Program-made: the position numbers and the translations under genes
In this document: positions 55,094 to 64,000 of the stretch, in pieces
How the letters are laid out: the number at the start of each line of letters is the position of its first letter
Position numbering within the stretch: position 1 is the first letter of the stretch
Source: an uncultured archaeon
GTDB lineage: Archaea; Halobacteriota; Archaeoglobi; Archaeoglobales; Archaeoglobaceae
Direction of reading: 5' to 3'
DNA length: 64,000 bases
Assembly: GCA_964622075.1 (NCBI GenBank)
Contig: CAZUMR010000062.1
Location: 6,886-70,885 of the forward strand
Notes under the pieces: generated by a model
Database searches by the model: none
What the model saw: only the letters and a program-made list of their open reading frames with translations
Told to the model about the DNA's origin: nothing

Positions 55094-55744
55094 GTGGTAG
55101 GTAGAAAGTTTAGGAAAGACAGAAAGGGTGCCATCGGTATAGAGACACTGATAGTCTTCATAGCGATGGTGCTGGTAGCAGCAGTGAGTGCAGCAGTTCT
55201 CATACAGACTGTCGGTTACCTCCAGCAGAAGGCAATGGCAACAGGTAGGGAGACTACAAAGGAAGTTTCAAGCGGTATTAAAGTTGACCAGGTTCTCGGT
55301 TATTATGATTCTACTCAGGGTGGTATATCCAAGATTGCTGTAGTCTGTGAACCCAACACTGGAGGTCAGCCAATTGACCTCAGCAAGGTTACTGTTACGA
55401 TAAGCAACGGTGAAACAGCTGCAGTCCTGCACTACAGCAGCACGTACTTTGCCACACTTACCAACGGTGGAGACATATTTACATCTGCTGCATTCCCGAC
55501 TACAAGCACGAACTTCGGTATAATTGTGCTGGAGGACTCTGATAAGTCTATCACTGCTACAACACCAACCATGAACTCTGGAGACAGGGTAGCTCTTGCT
55601 ATAAACACAACCACAGTGTTTGGCGCTGCAATACCTGTTAACACCCACGTATATGGACAGGTCAAGCCTGAATTCGGCGCTCCAGGTATAATTGACTTCA
55701 CAACCCCGCCAACGTACACAGTGAATGTTGTGACACTGCAGTAA
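55094..55744 (+). CDS. arlB: archaellin
   Basis: Class III signal peptide and conserved N-terminus KGAIGIETLIVFIAMVLVAAVSAAVLI. Confidence 0.9.
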   Translation: MVGRKFRKDRKGAIGIETLIVFIAMVLVAAVSAAVLIQTVGYLQQKAMATGRETTKEVSSGIKVDQVLGYYDSTQGGISKIAVVCEPNTGGQPIDLSKVTVTISNGETAAVLHYSSTYFATLTNGGDIFTSAAFPTTSTNFGIIVLEDSDKSITATTPTMNSGDRVALAINTTTVFGAAIPVNTHVYGQVKPEFGAPGIIDFTTPPTYTVNVVTLQ

Positions 55745-55756
55745 AGCAAATAACTC

Positions 55757-55780
55757 TTTTCAAATTTTTTGAGTTTTTTT
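55757..55780 (+). terminator. oligo-T tracts after arlB (likely partial terminator)
   Basis: T4, T6 (55765-55770) and T7 (55774-55780) directly after the arlB stop. An AT-rich TATA-like sequence follows. Confidence 0.45.
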
Positions 55781-55819
55781 AAACTTTATTTATTTAAATT
55801 TTTGCAGGGGGTGACAGAG

Positions 55820-56335
55820 ATGGGACTCAAGTTGTTCAGGAAGAAGAACGTGGACGACGAGGAAGAAATCGAGGAGGAAGAGCTTGAAGAGGAAGAGGAA
55901 GAATTTGAAGAAGATGAGGAGGAAGAACAGGAAACACCCTCAGGCAGCTCTGGAGGATCAGGAGACAGTGAAACAATTGAGAAAATCATGGAGAGACTTA
56001 ATGAAATAGACAACAGGCTACCAAGGATCGATATATCAATAAGTAATTTAAAGAAAGAAATAGACTCGCTAAAACAGGATCTGCAGAAAATGGACGACTC
56101 CCTCAAGGACATGATGGCATTGTATGAGGTTGTATCTTCTCAGATAAACCCGTTCGTTGGCTCATCCAAGGTTACCGCCCTTAGCCTTCAGAGGCTTGAC
56201 AACATGGAGAAAGAGCTCAGGGAACTTGAACAGCTTGTAAACGATGTCGTGGATGATCTGAGGATGCTGTTCAGAAAGACTGTGAATGTGAAGGATATAG
56301 TTAACCAGGTCCTCTACGAGGAGGTGGTACTGTGA
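55820..56335 (+). CDS. arlC: archaellum accessory protein ArlC (FlaC)
   Basis: An acidic tract followed by the FlaC-type coiled coil (...MALYEVVSSQINPFV). GGGGGTGA Shine-Dalgarno before the ATG at 55820. Confidence 0.75.
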   Translation: MGLKLFRKKNVDDEEEIEEEELEEEEEEFEEDEEEEQETPSGSSGGSGDSETIEKIMERLNEIDNRLPRIDISISNLKKEIDSLKQDLQKMDDSLKDMMALYEVVSSQINPFVGSSKVTALSLQRLDNMEKELRELEQLVNDVVDDLRMLFRKTVNVKDIVNQVLYEEVVL

Positions 56336-57492
56336 TCTCTGACAAGGCTGATAACAGGAACATAATATCTCTGGAAGATCTGAAGGAAGAGACGGACACT
56401 GCTGGAGAAGAGAAGGTTACAAAGGACGTTACAAAGAAGTCAGAGGAAGAAAAGAAATCTCCGTATCTTTCGGATGAGGAAATCAAGGAGTACCTTGAGA
56501 GATACAGAGGTAGAATACCTTCTGTAATACTGAGGGACATATACGAGATGCTGAAGGGCAGGAGGATAACTGAGAGACACATAGACAGGATAGTTGAAAA
56601 GGTAGAGGCCATGCTGAATGCTGATAACCAGCTTAGAAAAATTGATGATATATATAAAAAGCTTGAAAGCCTTGAGAAACTGCTCAGGAGTGATGTTTCC
56701 AAGGTTGTGAATGTTGAGGCTGTTAAGACTGAAACTCCTGAGCAGATGTCAGATGAAAAATCAGGGATGGCTGAAGAGAGCGTTGGAGTTGCAGGAGAGG
56801 GTGGTGTTGAGAGTGCTGAGAGAGAAAGCGTTGGGAGAGAAGTGGAGGTTGGAGAAAGTGCAAGGGGCGTTAGGGCTGAAATCGAGAGACCTGAGGAGAA
56901 ATTTGCAGGTGTTGAAGAACCTCAAAAAATACCCGGAGGTGAGGTTATGCAGGGTGATGTTATGCATTCAGGTTTAGGTCGAGCTCAGACTCACGCTCAT
57001 CCTGTTAGAGAAGCACAGGATGTGTATCGTGAACATCGCTATCACGAGCACAATTACCGTTACCCGGCGAGGAGAGATAGATGGGTGGAGAGTGCTTATG
57101 CTTATTACCACGAGGCATGCATTGAGGAACCAAGGCTGTCAAGAATACCTACCGATGCCAAGGGAATAATGCTGCTGCTCAAGTGGATAGAGTTTCTGAT
57201 GGAGAGAGTTGGCTACGATGGGCTTGAGGATGTCCTGAACTACTATGTTGACATAAACTGGATCAGCGAGGACGTTCTTATGACTGTGCTCAGGTATGCC
57301 AGGGGAATCAAACTCTACCACGACAACTCTGACTGGAGGCCTGTAGGCTACATGAATGTTCAGGATCACCTGATGAGCCTTCTGTACATAGAGGCCCTCA
57401 GGACCGGCAGGTTTGACAGGAATCTGATTATGGAGGTGGAAAAAGACCTTTACAGGATGAAGAAGGAGGTAGCGGAGCTCCATGGGGTTTAG
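56332..57492 (+). CDS. arlD: archaellum accessory protein ArlD/E (FlaD/E)
   Basis: C-terminal FlaD/E domain (LLKWIEFLMERVGYDGLEDVLNYYVDINWISEDV). GTGA overlap with arlC. Confidence 0.75.
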   Translation: MISDKADNRNIISLEDLKEETDTAGEEKVTKDVTKKSEEEKKSPYLSDEEIKEYLERYRGRIPSVILRDIYEMLKGRRITERHIDRIVEKVEAMLNADNQLRKIDDIYKKLESLEKLLRSDVSKVVNVEAVKTETPEQMSDEKSGMAEESVGVAGEGGVESAERESVGREVEVGESARGVRAEIERPEEKFAGVEEPQKIPGGEVMQGDVMHSGLGRAQTHAHPVREAQDVYREHRYHEHNYRYPARRDRWVESAYAYYHEACIEEPRLSRIPTDAKGIMLLLKWIEFLMERVGYDGLEDVLNYYVDINWISEDVLMTVLRYARGIKLYHDNSDWRPVGYMNVQDHLMSLLYIEALRTGRFDRNLIMEVEKDLYRMKKEVAELHGV

Positions 57493-57919
57493 CGTAACTG
57501 CTGCATTTGCCCTGCTGATGATTGCATGTCTTGTAGCATTTGGAGCAGTGATGGCTGTGCTTGACACGAACCTCAAAGCGATAAATGCTGCAGAAAAACA
57601 GCAGACGAGACTGAAGCTTGAAAAGGCAAATACAGATTTTCAAATAGTATCTATAAATGCAACAAATACAACGATATCAACTTACGATTTGCAGGTGGTA
57701 ATTTACAACGATGGCTCAACAACCCTGAAAACAGGGGATTTCTCTGTACTTGTTGACGGTGTGCTGGAGAACTTCACGTGCAATGTAAGCTACCTGTTCC
57801 CTCTAAAGAGTGCACTGATCTCCGTCACAAACTTGCCGGGGACTGTTGGATCTACTCACAGACTGGAGATAGTTTCGGGCAATGGGGTGGCAAAGTTTGC
57901 AGAGTACACCGTGAGCTAA
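57482..57919 (+). CDS. arlF: archaellum stator protein ArlF (FlaF)
   Basis: N-terminal TM helix plus a beta-sandwich-sized body. The position between arlD/E and arlG fits. Confidence 0.7.
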   Translation: MGFSVTAAFALLMIACLVAFGAVMAVLDTNLKAINAAEKQQTRLKLEKANTDFQIVSINATNTTISTYDLQVVIYNDGSTTLKTGDFSVLVDGVLENFTCNVSYLFPLKSALISVTNLPGTVGSTHRLEIVSGNGVAKFAEYTVS

Positions 57920-57992
57920 ATTTCAGCCAGTTCTCGGGCTAATGCACTCGTATTAGCGGAAGCTATCTTCACTGCCTCTGGAGGTGATGTGT

Positions 57993-58445
57993 ATGGGCTT
58001 TGGAGAATGTGCGGCTCACATAATCCTGTTCATAGCAGTGGTCATAGTAGCTTCCTCTCTCTCAGTGATGATGGCAACTACAGTTCAGAAGATATCCATG
58101 GGTATCGAGCAGCAGGGGAACAGGGTTCAAAAGCTGCTCACGACAGACTTCGAAATAATAAACGATCCTGCCAATATTCCGACAAAAACGATCGGTACAA
58201 GCACAGCTTACGTGTTTTATGTAAAGAATACCGGGACTGATTCGTTTCCCCTGACGAATCACACTATAACTGTAATGATCGATGGCAGCCTGATTTCCCC
58301 CTCGAACGTCACGACAACTCCTGCTCTACTCAAACCCGGACAGACGGGGGAGGTTGATGTTATAACGACTCTATCTGCGGGAGATCATACCATAAGGATT
58401 GTCCTCTACAACGGCGTCTCTGCAAGTCTTGAGTTTACCGTGTAA
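57993..58445 (+). CDS. arlG: archaellum stator protein ArlG (FlaG)
   Basis: N-terminal TM helix (AAHIILFIAVVIVASSL), with a size and position typical of FlaG. GGAGGTGA Shine-Dalgarno. Confidence 0.7.
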   Translation: MGFGECAAHIILFIAVVIVASSLSVMMATTVQKISMGIEQQGNRVQKLLTTDFEIINDPANIPTKTIGTSTAYVFYVKNTGTDSFPLTNHTITVMIDGSLISPSNVTTTPALLKPGQTGEVDVITTLSAGDHTIRIVLYNGVSASLEFTV

Positions 58446-58472
58446 CTAAATGACTGCTGAGAGGTGGTGACA

Positions 58473-59165
58473 ATGAGAGTGTTCTCTGTACAGATTCAGA
58501 ACGATGAGTTTCACAAGAAGCTTGGTGGTGGATTGCCACCGGGGACAATTGCCCTGATAAAGGGAGACCACGGTAGCGGCAAGTCTGTGATATGTCAGAG
58601 GATGGTTTACGGGATGCTGAACAACGGAGTTGAAATCAGCTACGTTTCAACCCAGCTCACAACGACAGATTTCGTCAAGCAGATGCTATCTCTTGGCTAT
58701 AACGTTGTTCACCACATAATAAAGAACAGGCTCGTATTCTTTCCCGTTTATCCGCTGATAAATGAGATAAAGGAAAGGAGCGATTACTCAAGGAGGCTGA
58801 TCTCTGCAAAGGCAATTTTTGAAAAGGATGTAATATTTATAGATAGTTTCAGCTCACTTGTAAAGTTTGATATAGATGAGAGAGCTGCTGTTGATCTGAT
58901 GGGTTTTTTCAAGAGAGTTGTTGCCACAGGCAAGGCCATAGTTCTTACCGCAGTTGAGGATGAACTTCCAAGACGTGTTCTGGAAGAAGTTGAATCCTGC
59001 TCATCTCTGTTAATAGAAACTGCTACGAAGAAAGTTGGTACCGATTTAAAGAATATCATGATGATTAAGAAGTATAATTTTGCAGTAAGTCAGTATTCCA
59101 AGCAGACAGCATTCAGAGTTGAGCCGAACATAGGGCTCGTTGTGGAGATTGCAGCTGTTGCGTGA
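58473..59165 (+). CDS. arlH: archaellum KaiC/RecA-like ATP-binding protein ArlH (FlaH)
   Basis: LGGGLPPGTIALIKGDHGSGKS Walker A. Confidence 0.85.
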   Translation: MRVFSVQIQNDEFHKKLGGGLPPGTIALIKGDHGSGKSVICQRMVYGMLNNGVEISYVSTQLTTTDFVKQMLSLGYNVVHHIIKNRLVFFPVYPLINEIKERSDYSRRLISAKAIFEKDVIFIDSFSSLVKFDIDERAAVDLMGFFKRVVATGKAIVLTAVEDELPRRVLEEVESCSSLLIETATKKVGTDLKNIMMIKKYNFAVSQYSKQTAFRVEPNIGLVVEIAAVA

Positions 59166-59208
59166 TAGCTGTTGCGATGCATGTGAAAAAGCAGGGAGGG
59201 GATGAAGT

Positions 59209-60858
59209 ATGCAGGTCGTGAAGTCTGATAGACTTGAGGATGCGTTAAAGAGAAATCCTCATCTGAAGGAGTACCTCAGCAGGTTCAAGAAGAAAGAGGG
59301 CACTATCCCCAACTTCGTCCCCTCCCTGTCAAGAGATATGAAATCTCTGCCGAGACCAAATCTAATCTATCCTGTTGGAGATCCCATTTTCATCCACATA
59401 TGGACGGACAGGGATGGTGACAAGCACTACATAGCGATAGAACCAAGGCTGGAGGAGAAGGACGAGGAAAAGTTCAACCTGATAATGGACAGAATGCTCG
59501 AATTCGCTCCCTACGAGAAGGTACCAAGCAATGATGAGGAAATGGAGAAGCTGATAGACAAGCTGTTTGACAAGGTAACAACGATAACAAAGAAGCCTCA
59601 GCCAGTGGTGAAGAAAAAAAAGTTCTCCTTTGGAACGAGCGTGGATAAGATACCGATAACGAGGGCCGAGGCAATAAAATTCAGGTACATGATAAAGAGA
59701 GAGGTCGTTGGAGTTGGGCCGTTAGAACCTCTTGTCAGAGATCCGTACATAGAGGATATTCACGTTATAGGGCCTCACAACACGCACATAGTTCACAAGA
59801 TCTTCGAGATGATGCCAACGAACATCGACTTCAAGGACGATTTGTACATGGCAGAATACCTCAAGAACCTTGGAGAAAGGATGGGCAGGCCTGTTAGCGA
59901 GAGAACACCTATCGTTGACGGTTCTCTACCGGATGGAAGCAGAATTAACATAATTTACAGCACCGACGTCTCTCTTAAGGGCCCGTCTTTCACGATCCGT
60001 AAGTTCACAGCTGTTCCGATAAGCATAACCCAGTTAATAAACTGGGGAACTCTCTCAGCTGAAGTAGCCGCTTACCTCTGGCTCTGCTTGGAATACGGAA
60101 TGAGCATATGGGTGAGCGGAGAGACTGCAAGCGGTAAGACAACAACTCTTAACGCAATGATTCCGTTCATAAAACCTCACTCCAAAATATATACGGCAGA
60201 GGACACTCCGGAAGTTCAGGTACCTCACCCTGTCTGGCAGCAGCTCAACACAAGAGAGAGGGGTGAAGTTGGCAAGGTCGATCTGTTCGATCTGCTAAAG
60301 GCAGCTCTGAGAAGCAGACCGGACTACATCATAGTCGGTGAGATTAGAGGTAAGGAAGGTTCAGTCGCTTTCCAGGCTATGCAAACAGGACACCCGGTTC
60401 TTGCTACCTTTCACGCCGGTAGCGTTAAGAAGCTAATTCAGAGACTTACCGGAGATCCTATTAACGTTCCGATAACTTTCGTTGACAACCTGAATGTCGC
60501 ACTGATACAGCAGGCTGTTTACAGAAAGGGACAGTTCCTCAGGAGATGTCTCGTTGTTGAGGAGATAGAAGGATACTACGAGGATATTGGTGGTGTGGTT
60601 ACAAGAACGGTTTTTGAGTGGGATTCTGTCACTGACAAGCACATTTTCAGAGGCCTCTACAACTCGTACATACTTGAAAACAAGATAGCCCAGACTGCTG
60701 GTTATGAGGATCCAAGGCAGATTTATGAAGAGATGATGCTCAGAGCGAGAATCCTTGAAAGAATGATCGAACTCAAGATTTTCGACTATTACGAGGTCGT
60801 GAAGGTGATCTGGAACTTCTACAAGAAGGGTATAGAGGGTTTACCGTTCAGGCTGTGA
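59209..60858 (+). CDS. arlI: archaellum motor ATPase ArlI (FlaI)
   Basis: Type II/IV secretion ATPase with Walker A SGETASGKTT, an Asp box and a His box. 549 aa. Confidence 0.95.
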   Translation: MQVVKSDRLEDALKRNPHLKEYLSRFKKKEGTIPNFVPSLSRDMKSLPRPNLIYPVGDPIFIHIWTDRDGDKHYIAIEPRLEEKDEEKFNLIMDRMLEFAPYEKVPSNDEEMEKLIDKLFDKVTTITKKPQPVVKKKKFSFGTSVDKIPITRAEAIKFRYMIKREVVGVGPLEPLVRDPYIEDIHVIGPHNTHIVHKIFEMMPTNIDFKDDLYMAEYLKNLGERMGRPVSERTPIVDGSLPDGSRINIIYSTDVSLKGPSFTIRKFTAVPISITQLINWGTLSAEVAAYLWLCLEYGMSIWVSGETASGKTTTLNAMIPFIKPHSKIYTAEDTPEVQVPHPVWQQLNTRERGEVGKVDLFDLLKAALRSRPDYIIVGEIRGKEGSVAFQAMQTGHPVLATFHAGSVKKLIQRLTGDPINVPITFVDNLNVALIQQAVYRKGQFLRRCLVVEEIEGYYEDIGGVVTRTVFEWDSVTDKHIFRGLYNSYILENKIAQTAGYEDPRQIYEEMMLRARILERMIELKIFDYYEVVKVIWNFYKKGIEGLPFRL

Positions 60859-60886
60859 GTTTGGATTTGGGGTTGAGGTGATCTAA

Positions 60887-62563
60887 ATGTTCGAGAGTTT
60901 GAGGCACTGCGGTGTTAAACCTGAAAACTATTTCAAGTTCATATTTGCTCCCCTTACAGGGGCAGCTCTTATCATTCTCTTACTCGTCATGCTCCTCTCA
61001 GCTCAGCTCTTCAAGTTACTTGGCCTTTTTGCCATACTGCTCTACTTTGTCCCTGTAATGCTCCTTCTGATCACAGTCCTCTATCCAAAGATAGTCGTTG
61101 GCAGAATGAGAAATCAGATAGACAACAACATTCACTTCTACATAACCCACATGGGAGCACTGTCAACCTCAGATATAGATAGAAAGGAAATGATGAAGAT
61201 AATTGCCAACAGAAAGGAGTACAAGGCTCTTGCTGAGGAAACGAGAAAGATATACCTGCTTATGGAGAAGTGGAACAGAAACCTTTCACAGGCCTGCAGG
61301 TTCGTTGCAAGGAGAACACCGAGTAAGATATTCTCTGAGTTCCTTGACAGAATGGCTCACGAACTTGACAGCGGTGAGGACTTCAAGGAGTTCATAAAGA
61401 GGGAGCAGAAAACAGTTATGAACGCATTTGCTACAAACTATCAGGGCAAGCTTTACAGCATAGACATATTCAAGGAAGTTTACACTTCAATAATTATCTC
61501 CCTGTCTTTCTTTGCTGCTTTTGCAATAATAATGCCATTCCTGACTGGAATCAGTGTGACCTTCATGTTTGATATAATACTGGTAATTTTCATAATAGTC
61601 GAACTTGGAGTTCTCGTTTACCTCAAATCGGTTGCACCTGATGACCCGGTATGGCAGACTTCTGGAGAACTTACGGCAGTTGACTGGAAACTCTACAAGT
61701 ACTTCTATGTGGCAATGGTTGCCTGTCTTGTGATATTTGCAGTCCTGCTGTTTGCAAACTACGTTTACAGGATAGTAAACATACCTGTGCCATTCATAGT
61801 TGCCCTGACAGTTACGCCTTTGCTAATTCCCGGATACATGTCCAGAAAGGAGGAAGCTGTGATCAGGAATAAGGACAAGAATGCTCCCTCCTTCATAATG
61901 AGCCTTGGCGCCTCAGCGTCTGCAAGAGGTGGAGACATTCTTGAATCTCTCAAGTTCCTAACCGCACACGACTTCGGATCACTTACAAAAGATGTCAGAA
62001 ACCTGTACAAGAGACTGAAAACGAGAATAAACAAAAAGAGGGCATGGGAAAAGTTCAGCATAGAAACGGGGAGCAATCTGATTTACAGATTTACCGACAT
62101 GTTCGTTGAGGCCATAGGGCTTGGTAGCGATCCCAAGGATGTCGCTGAAATAATAGCCGACAACTTTACAGTGATAAATACTCTGAGAGCAAGGAGGTCT
62201 CAAACAGCAAGCTCATTCATCGGTATAGCTTACGGAGTTATAATCGGTATAGCGTTCTCTCTCTACATATCGTTTGGAGTTGTCCAGTCAATGAATACCC
62301 TTTATTCCAAGCTCCACATCTCGAATTCCTTTGTTGGCGGAATACTGCATACTGTCCCAGCTTCAAATCTTGCAGTGCTTAATGCTGTTGTATTCTTTAT
62401 ACTGCTGATACACGCCATAATCTCTTCAATGGCGATAAAGGTGATGGACGGTGGGAGATTCATGAGTTCTCTCGTTCATCTTGTTGGTATGGTCTGGGTT
62501 GCGGCGATTGCCGGGTATGTATCGCACACAGTTATGTTGAACATGCTTGGCATTCACTTTTAA
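60887..62563 (+). CDS. arlJ: archaellum platform membrane protein ArlJ (FlaJ)
   Basis: 558-aa polytopic protein with two cytoplasmic T2SF-like domains, directly after arlI. Confidence 0.9.
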   Translation: MFESLRHCGVKPENYFKFIFAPLTGAALIILLLVMLLSAQLFKLLGLFAILLYFVPVMLLLITVLYPKIVVGRMRNQIDNNIHFYITHMGALSTSDIDRKEMMKIIANRKEYKALAEETRKIYLLMEKWNRNLSQACRFVARRTPSKIFSEFLDRMAHELDSGEDFKEFIKREQKTVMNAFATNYQGKLYSIDIFKEVYTSIIISLSFFAAFAIIMPFLTGISVTFMFDIILVIFIIVELGVLVYLKSVAPDDPVWQTSGELTAVDWKLYKYFYVAMVACLVIFAVLLFANYVYRIVNIPVPFIVALTVTPLLIPGYMSRKEEAVIRNKDKNAPSFIMSLGASASARGGDILESLKFLTAHDFGSLTKDVRNLYKRLKTRINKKRAWEKFSIETGSNLIYRFTDMFVEAIGLGSDPKDVAEIIADNFTVINTLRARRSQTASSFIGIAYGVIIGIAFSLYISFGVVQSMNTLYSKLHISNSFVGGILHTVPASNLAVLNAVVFFILLIHAIISSMAIKVMDGGRFMSSLVHLVGMVWVAAIAGYVSHTVMLNMLGIHF

Positions 62564-62696
62564 TCTTTTCTAATTTTTTAAATTATTTATTCAGTTTAAT
62601 CTTTGATTTCGGTTTTTGGTGTTGTTTTATTATTTTTCCATCTGGTAGGGAAACACTTTTATTTCATTCTCATCACAATAACTATGGTGATAAGAC

Positions 62697-63020
62697 ATGA
62701 ACGTTCAGAGCCTTTTAACGATCGACCCTCACATACTGAGATCTCTGAATAAAAGTGTGCTCAGGAAAAAAGTCCTGATACATCTCGATAACGTTTATCC
62801 CAATGCCGATTACCTTGCAAACATAGCAAGGGCGATAGGTAGCGATCCTTCGAACGTTCTCGGCTGCCTGAGGGGTATGGGTAACAGGTATAACGGTAAC
62901 AGCTCTCTGATAGAACTGGGACTTGTTGAAGTTGTTGAGAAGGACGGTTACAAGTATTACAGGATAACGGACCTTGGCAAAAAAGTAGTGAAGTACATGA
63001 AGGAGGTGTATGGCCTGTGA
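62697..63020 (+). CDS. small winged-helix DNA-binding protein
   Basis: 107 aa, wHTH-like (ADYLANIARAIGSDPSNVLGCLRGM...LVEVVEKDGYKYYRITDLGKK). It has its own TATA and a GGTGAT Shine-Dalgarno. Confidence 0.55.
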   Translation: MNVQSLLTIDPHILRSLNKSVLRKKVLIHLDNVYPNADYLANIARAIGSDPSNVLGCLRGMGNRYNGNSSLIELGLVEVVEKDGYKYYRITDLGKKVVKYMKEVYGL

Positions 63021-63919
63021 TTCTTCTGAAATCTGAAAGGAGGCTTGAAGAGGCTCTGGACTTCATGTACGGTTACCTTGCTCTTAGAGCTTACTTTTTC
63101 ACACTCAGAACACGTTTGAATGATGGTGCAGAATTTCCAAACAGCAGCTATGCTGAGGAGTGGAGGAAAACTTTCGAGGCAGTTGACAGGGAAGAACTGC
63201 TGAGAAATGCTTTCGAATTCATAAGCAGGGAGTGTGATGCATCGTGCATAGATTTATGCGACACGTTCGATAGATCCTCTTACTTTGCCCTGATACATCC
63301 GAACCACCCGAACATAACACTCGGTTTTGTTAAGGATGCAGATCTGTGGAATATATGGCTTGGAGAATCACCGTTCAGTATTGCGAGAGAAGTTATAGCT
63401 GAAGTTTTATGCTTGGGTCAGGATAGTCTGAAAGTCGTTGATTTTGGGTGTGGAAGCGTTTCTCCCGCCTATTACGGGAGTGTTATGGGTTCAAGAGGCG
63501 TGTATTCGGGAATAGACATCTCTCACTCTATGGTCAGGATAGCCGAGTCCAAGGTTAAGGCTGAAAGGCTTGACTGGGTTAGTGTCAGGAGGGAAAACGT
63601 AGAAACGAGGCTTATGGCCAGAAGGAAGTACGATGCTGTGATATGTTCATCTCTCCTGCAGTACACATCACTTCAACCTGTCCTCAGGAACGCTGGTGAG
63701 CTTGTAGATTACGATGGTTTGCTTGTAATTTTTTCAGAGCTGTTCAGGGATGTGGAGCCCGAGAAAGAGGGGATTATGAACCTGTATTACTCTTTGATTC
63801 CGGGTTTTAAGAGATTTCCAGCAGTTTCTGAAATTCTTGACATTCTGGATTCCATGGGCGTTAGTTACCGGTACAAGGCTGGCAGAAACGTTCTGCTCAT
63901 CGAGTTTAATGGGAGATAA
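63017..63919 (+). CDS. class I SAM-dependent methyltransferase with N-terminal helical domain
   Basis: Motif I VVDFGCGSV. The GTGA start/stop overlaps the wHTH gene. Confidence 0.65.
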   Translation: MILLKSERRLEEALDFMYGYLALRAYFFTLRTRLNDGAEFPNSSYAEEWRKTFEAVDREELLRNAFEFISRECDASCIDLCDTFDRSSYFALIHPNHPNITLGFVKDADLWNIWLGESPFSIAREVIAEVLCLGQDSLKVVDFGCGSVSPAYYGSVMGSRGVYSGIDISHSMVRIAESKVKAERLDWVSVRRENVETRLMARRKYDAVICSSLLQYTSLQPVLRNAGELVDYDGLLVIFSELFRDVEPEKEGIMNLYYSLIPGFKRFPAVSEILDILDSMGVSYRYKAGRNVLLIEFNGR

Positions 63920-64000
63920 CGCTGTTCCAGTTTATTACCTCTTTTACATTTGCCTTGACGTTGCGGAACTGATGACACTTAAATTCTAGAAATTCTAATT

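Overview
This is an archaeal chromosomal segment, densely coding. It carries about 68 protein genes and 3 tRNAs. I saw no rRNA, CRISPR array, transposase or integrase. The gene content and GGTGAT/GGAGG Shine-Dalgarno usage fit a euryarchaeon, most consistent with an Archaeoglobales-type genome (inference only). The supporting genes are L40e, aIF1/SUI1, proteasome beta, aCPSF1/FttA, archaemetzincin, TmcA, BpsA, FwdB, cupin-type PGI, a PGF-CTERM protein and an archaellum operon.

Most of the window is housekeeping:
- his, pur, thr and aro genes, glnA, pdxS/pdxT
- polyamine genes speH-bpsA
- the COG1900/NIL-ferredoxin/COG2122 homocysteine and sulfide-assimilation cluster
- transporters
- a complete archaellum operon arlB-C-D/E-F-G-H-I-J (55.1-62.6 kb)

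Items worth a second look:
1. An orphan, compositionally foreign-looking, sequon-rich tetraheme c-type cytochrome (1091-1903) that looks like an extracellular cytochrome-nanowire subunit.
2. A HerA-like ATPase, UPF0212 and Cas4-like nuclease cluster without NurA/Mre11/Rad50 or cas neighbours.
3. A low-GC islet between two tRNA genes, holding a RelE/ParE toxin gene broken by a 10-bp tandem duplication and two A7 runs.
4. A long structured leader upstream of speH-bpsA.
5. A GC-rich structured element in the spacer at 48.4 kb.
6. A radical SAM/SPASM enzyme with a divergent wHTH gene.
7. Direct-repeat arrays in several promoters, including the archaellum promoter.

I found no clear-cut multi-gene system that is obviously new. 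The candidates above are hypotheses that need database and structure searches I cannot run here.
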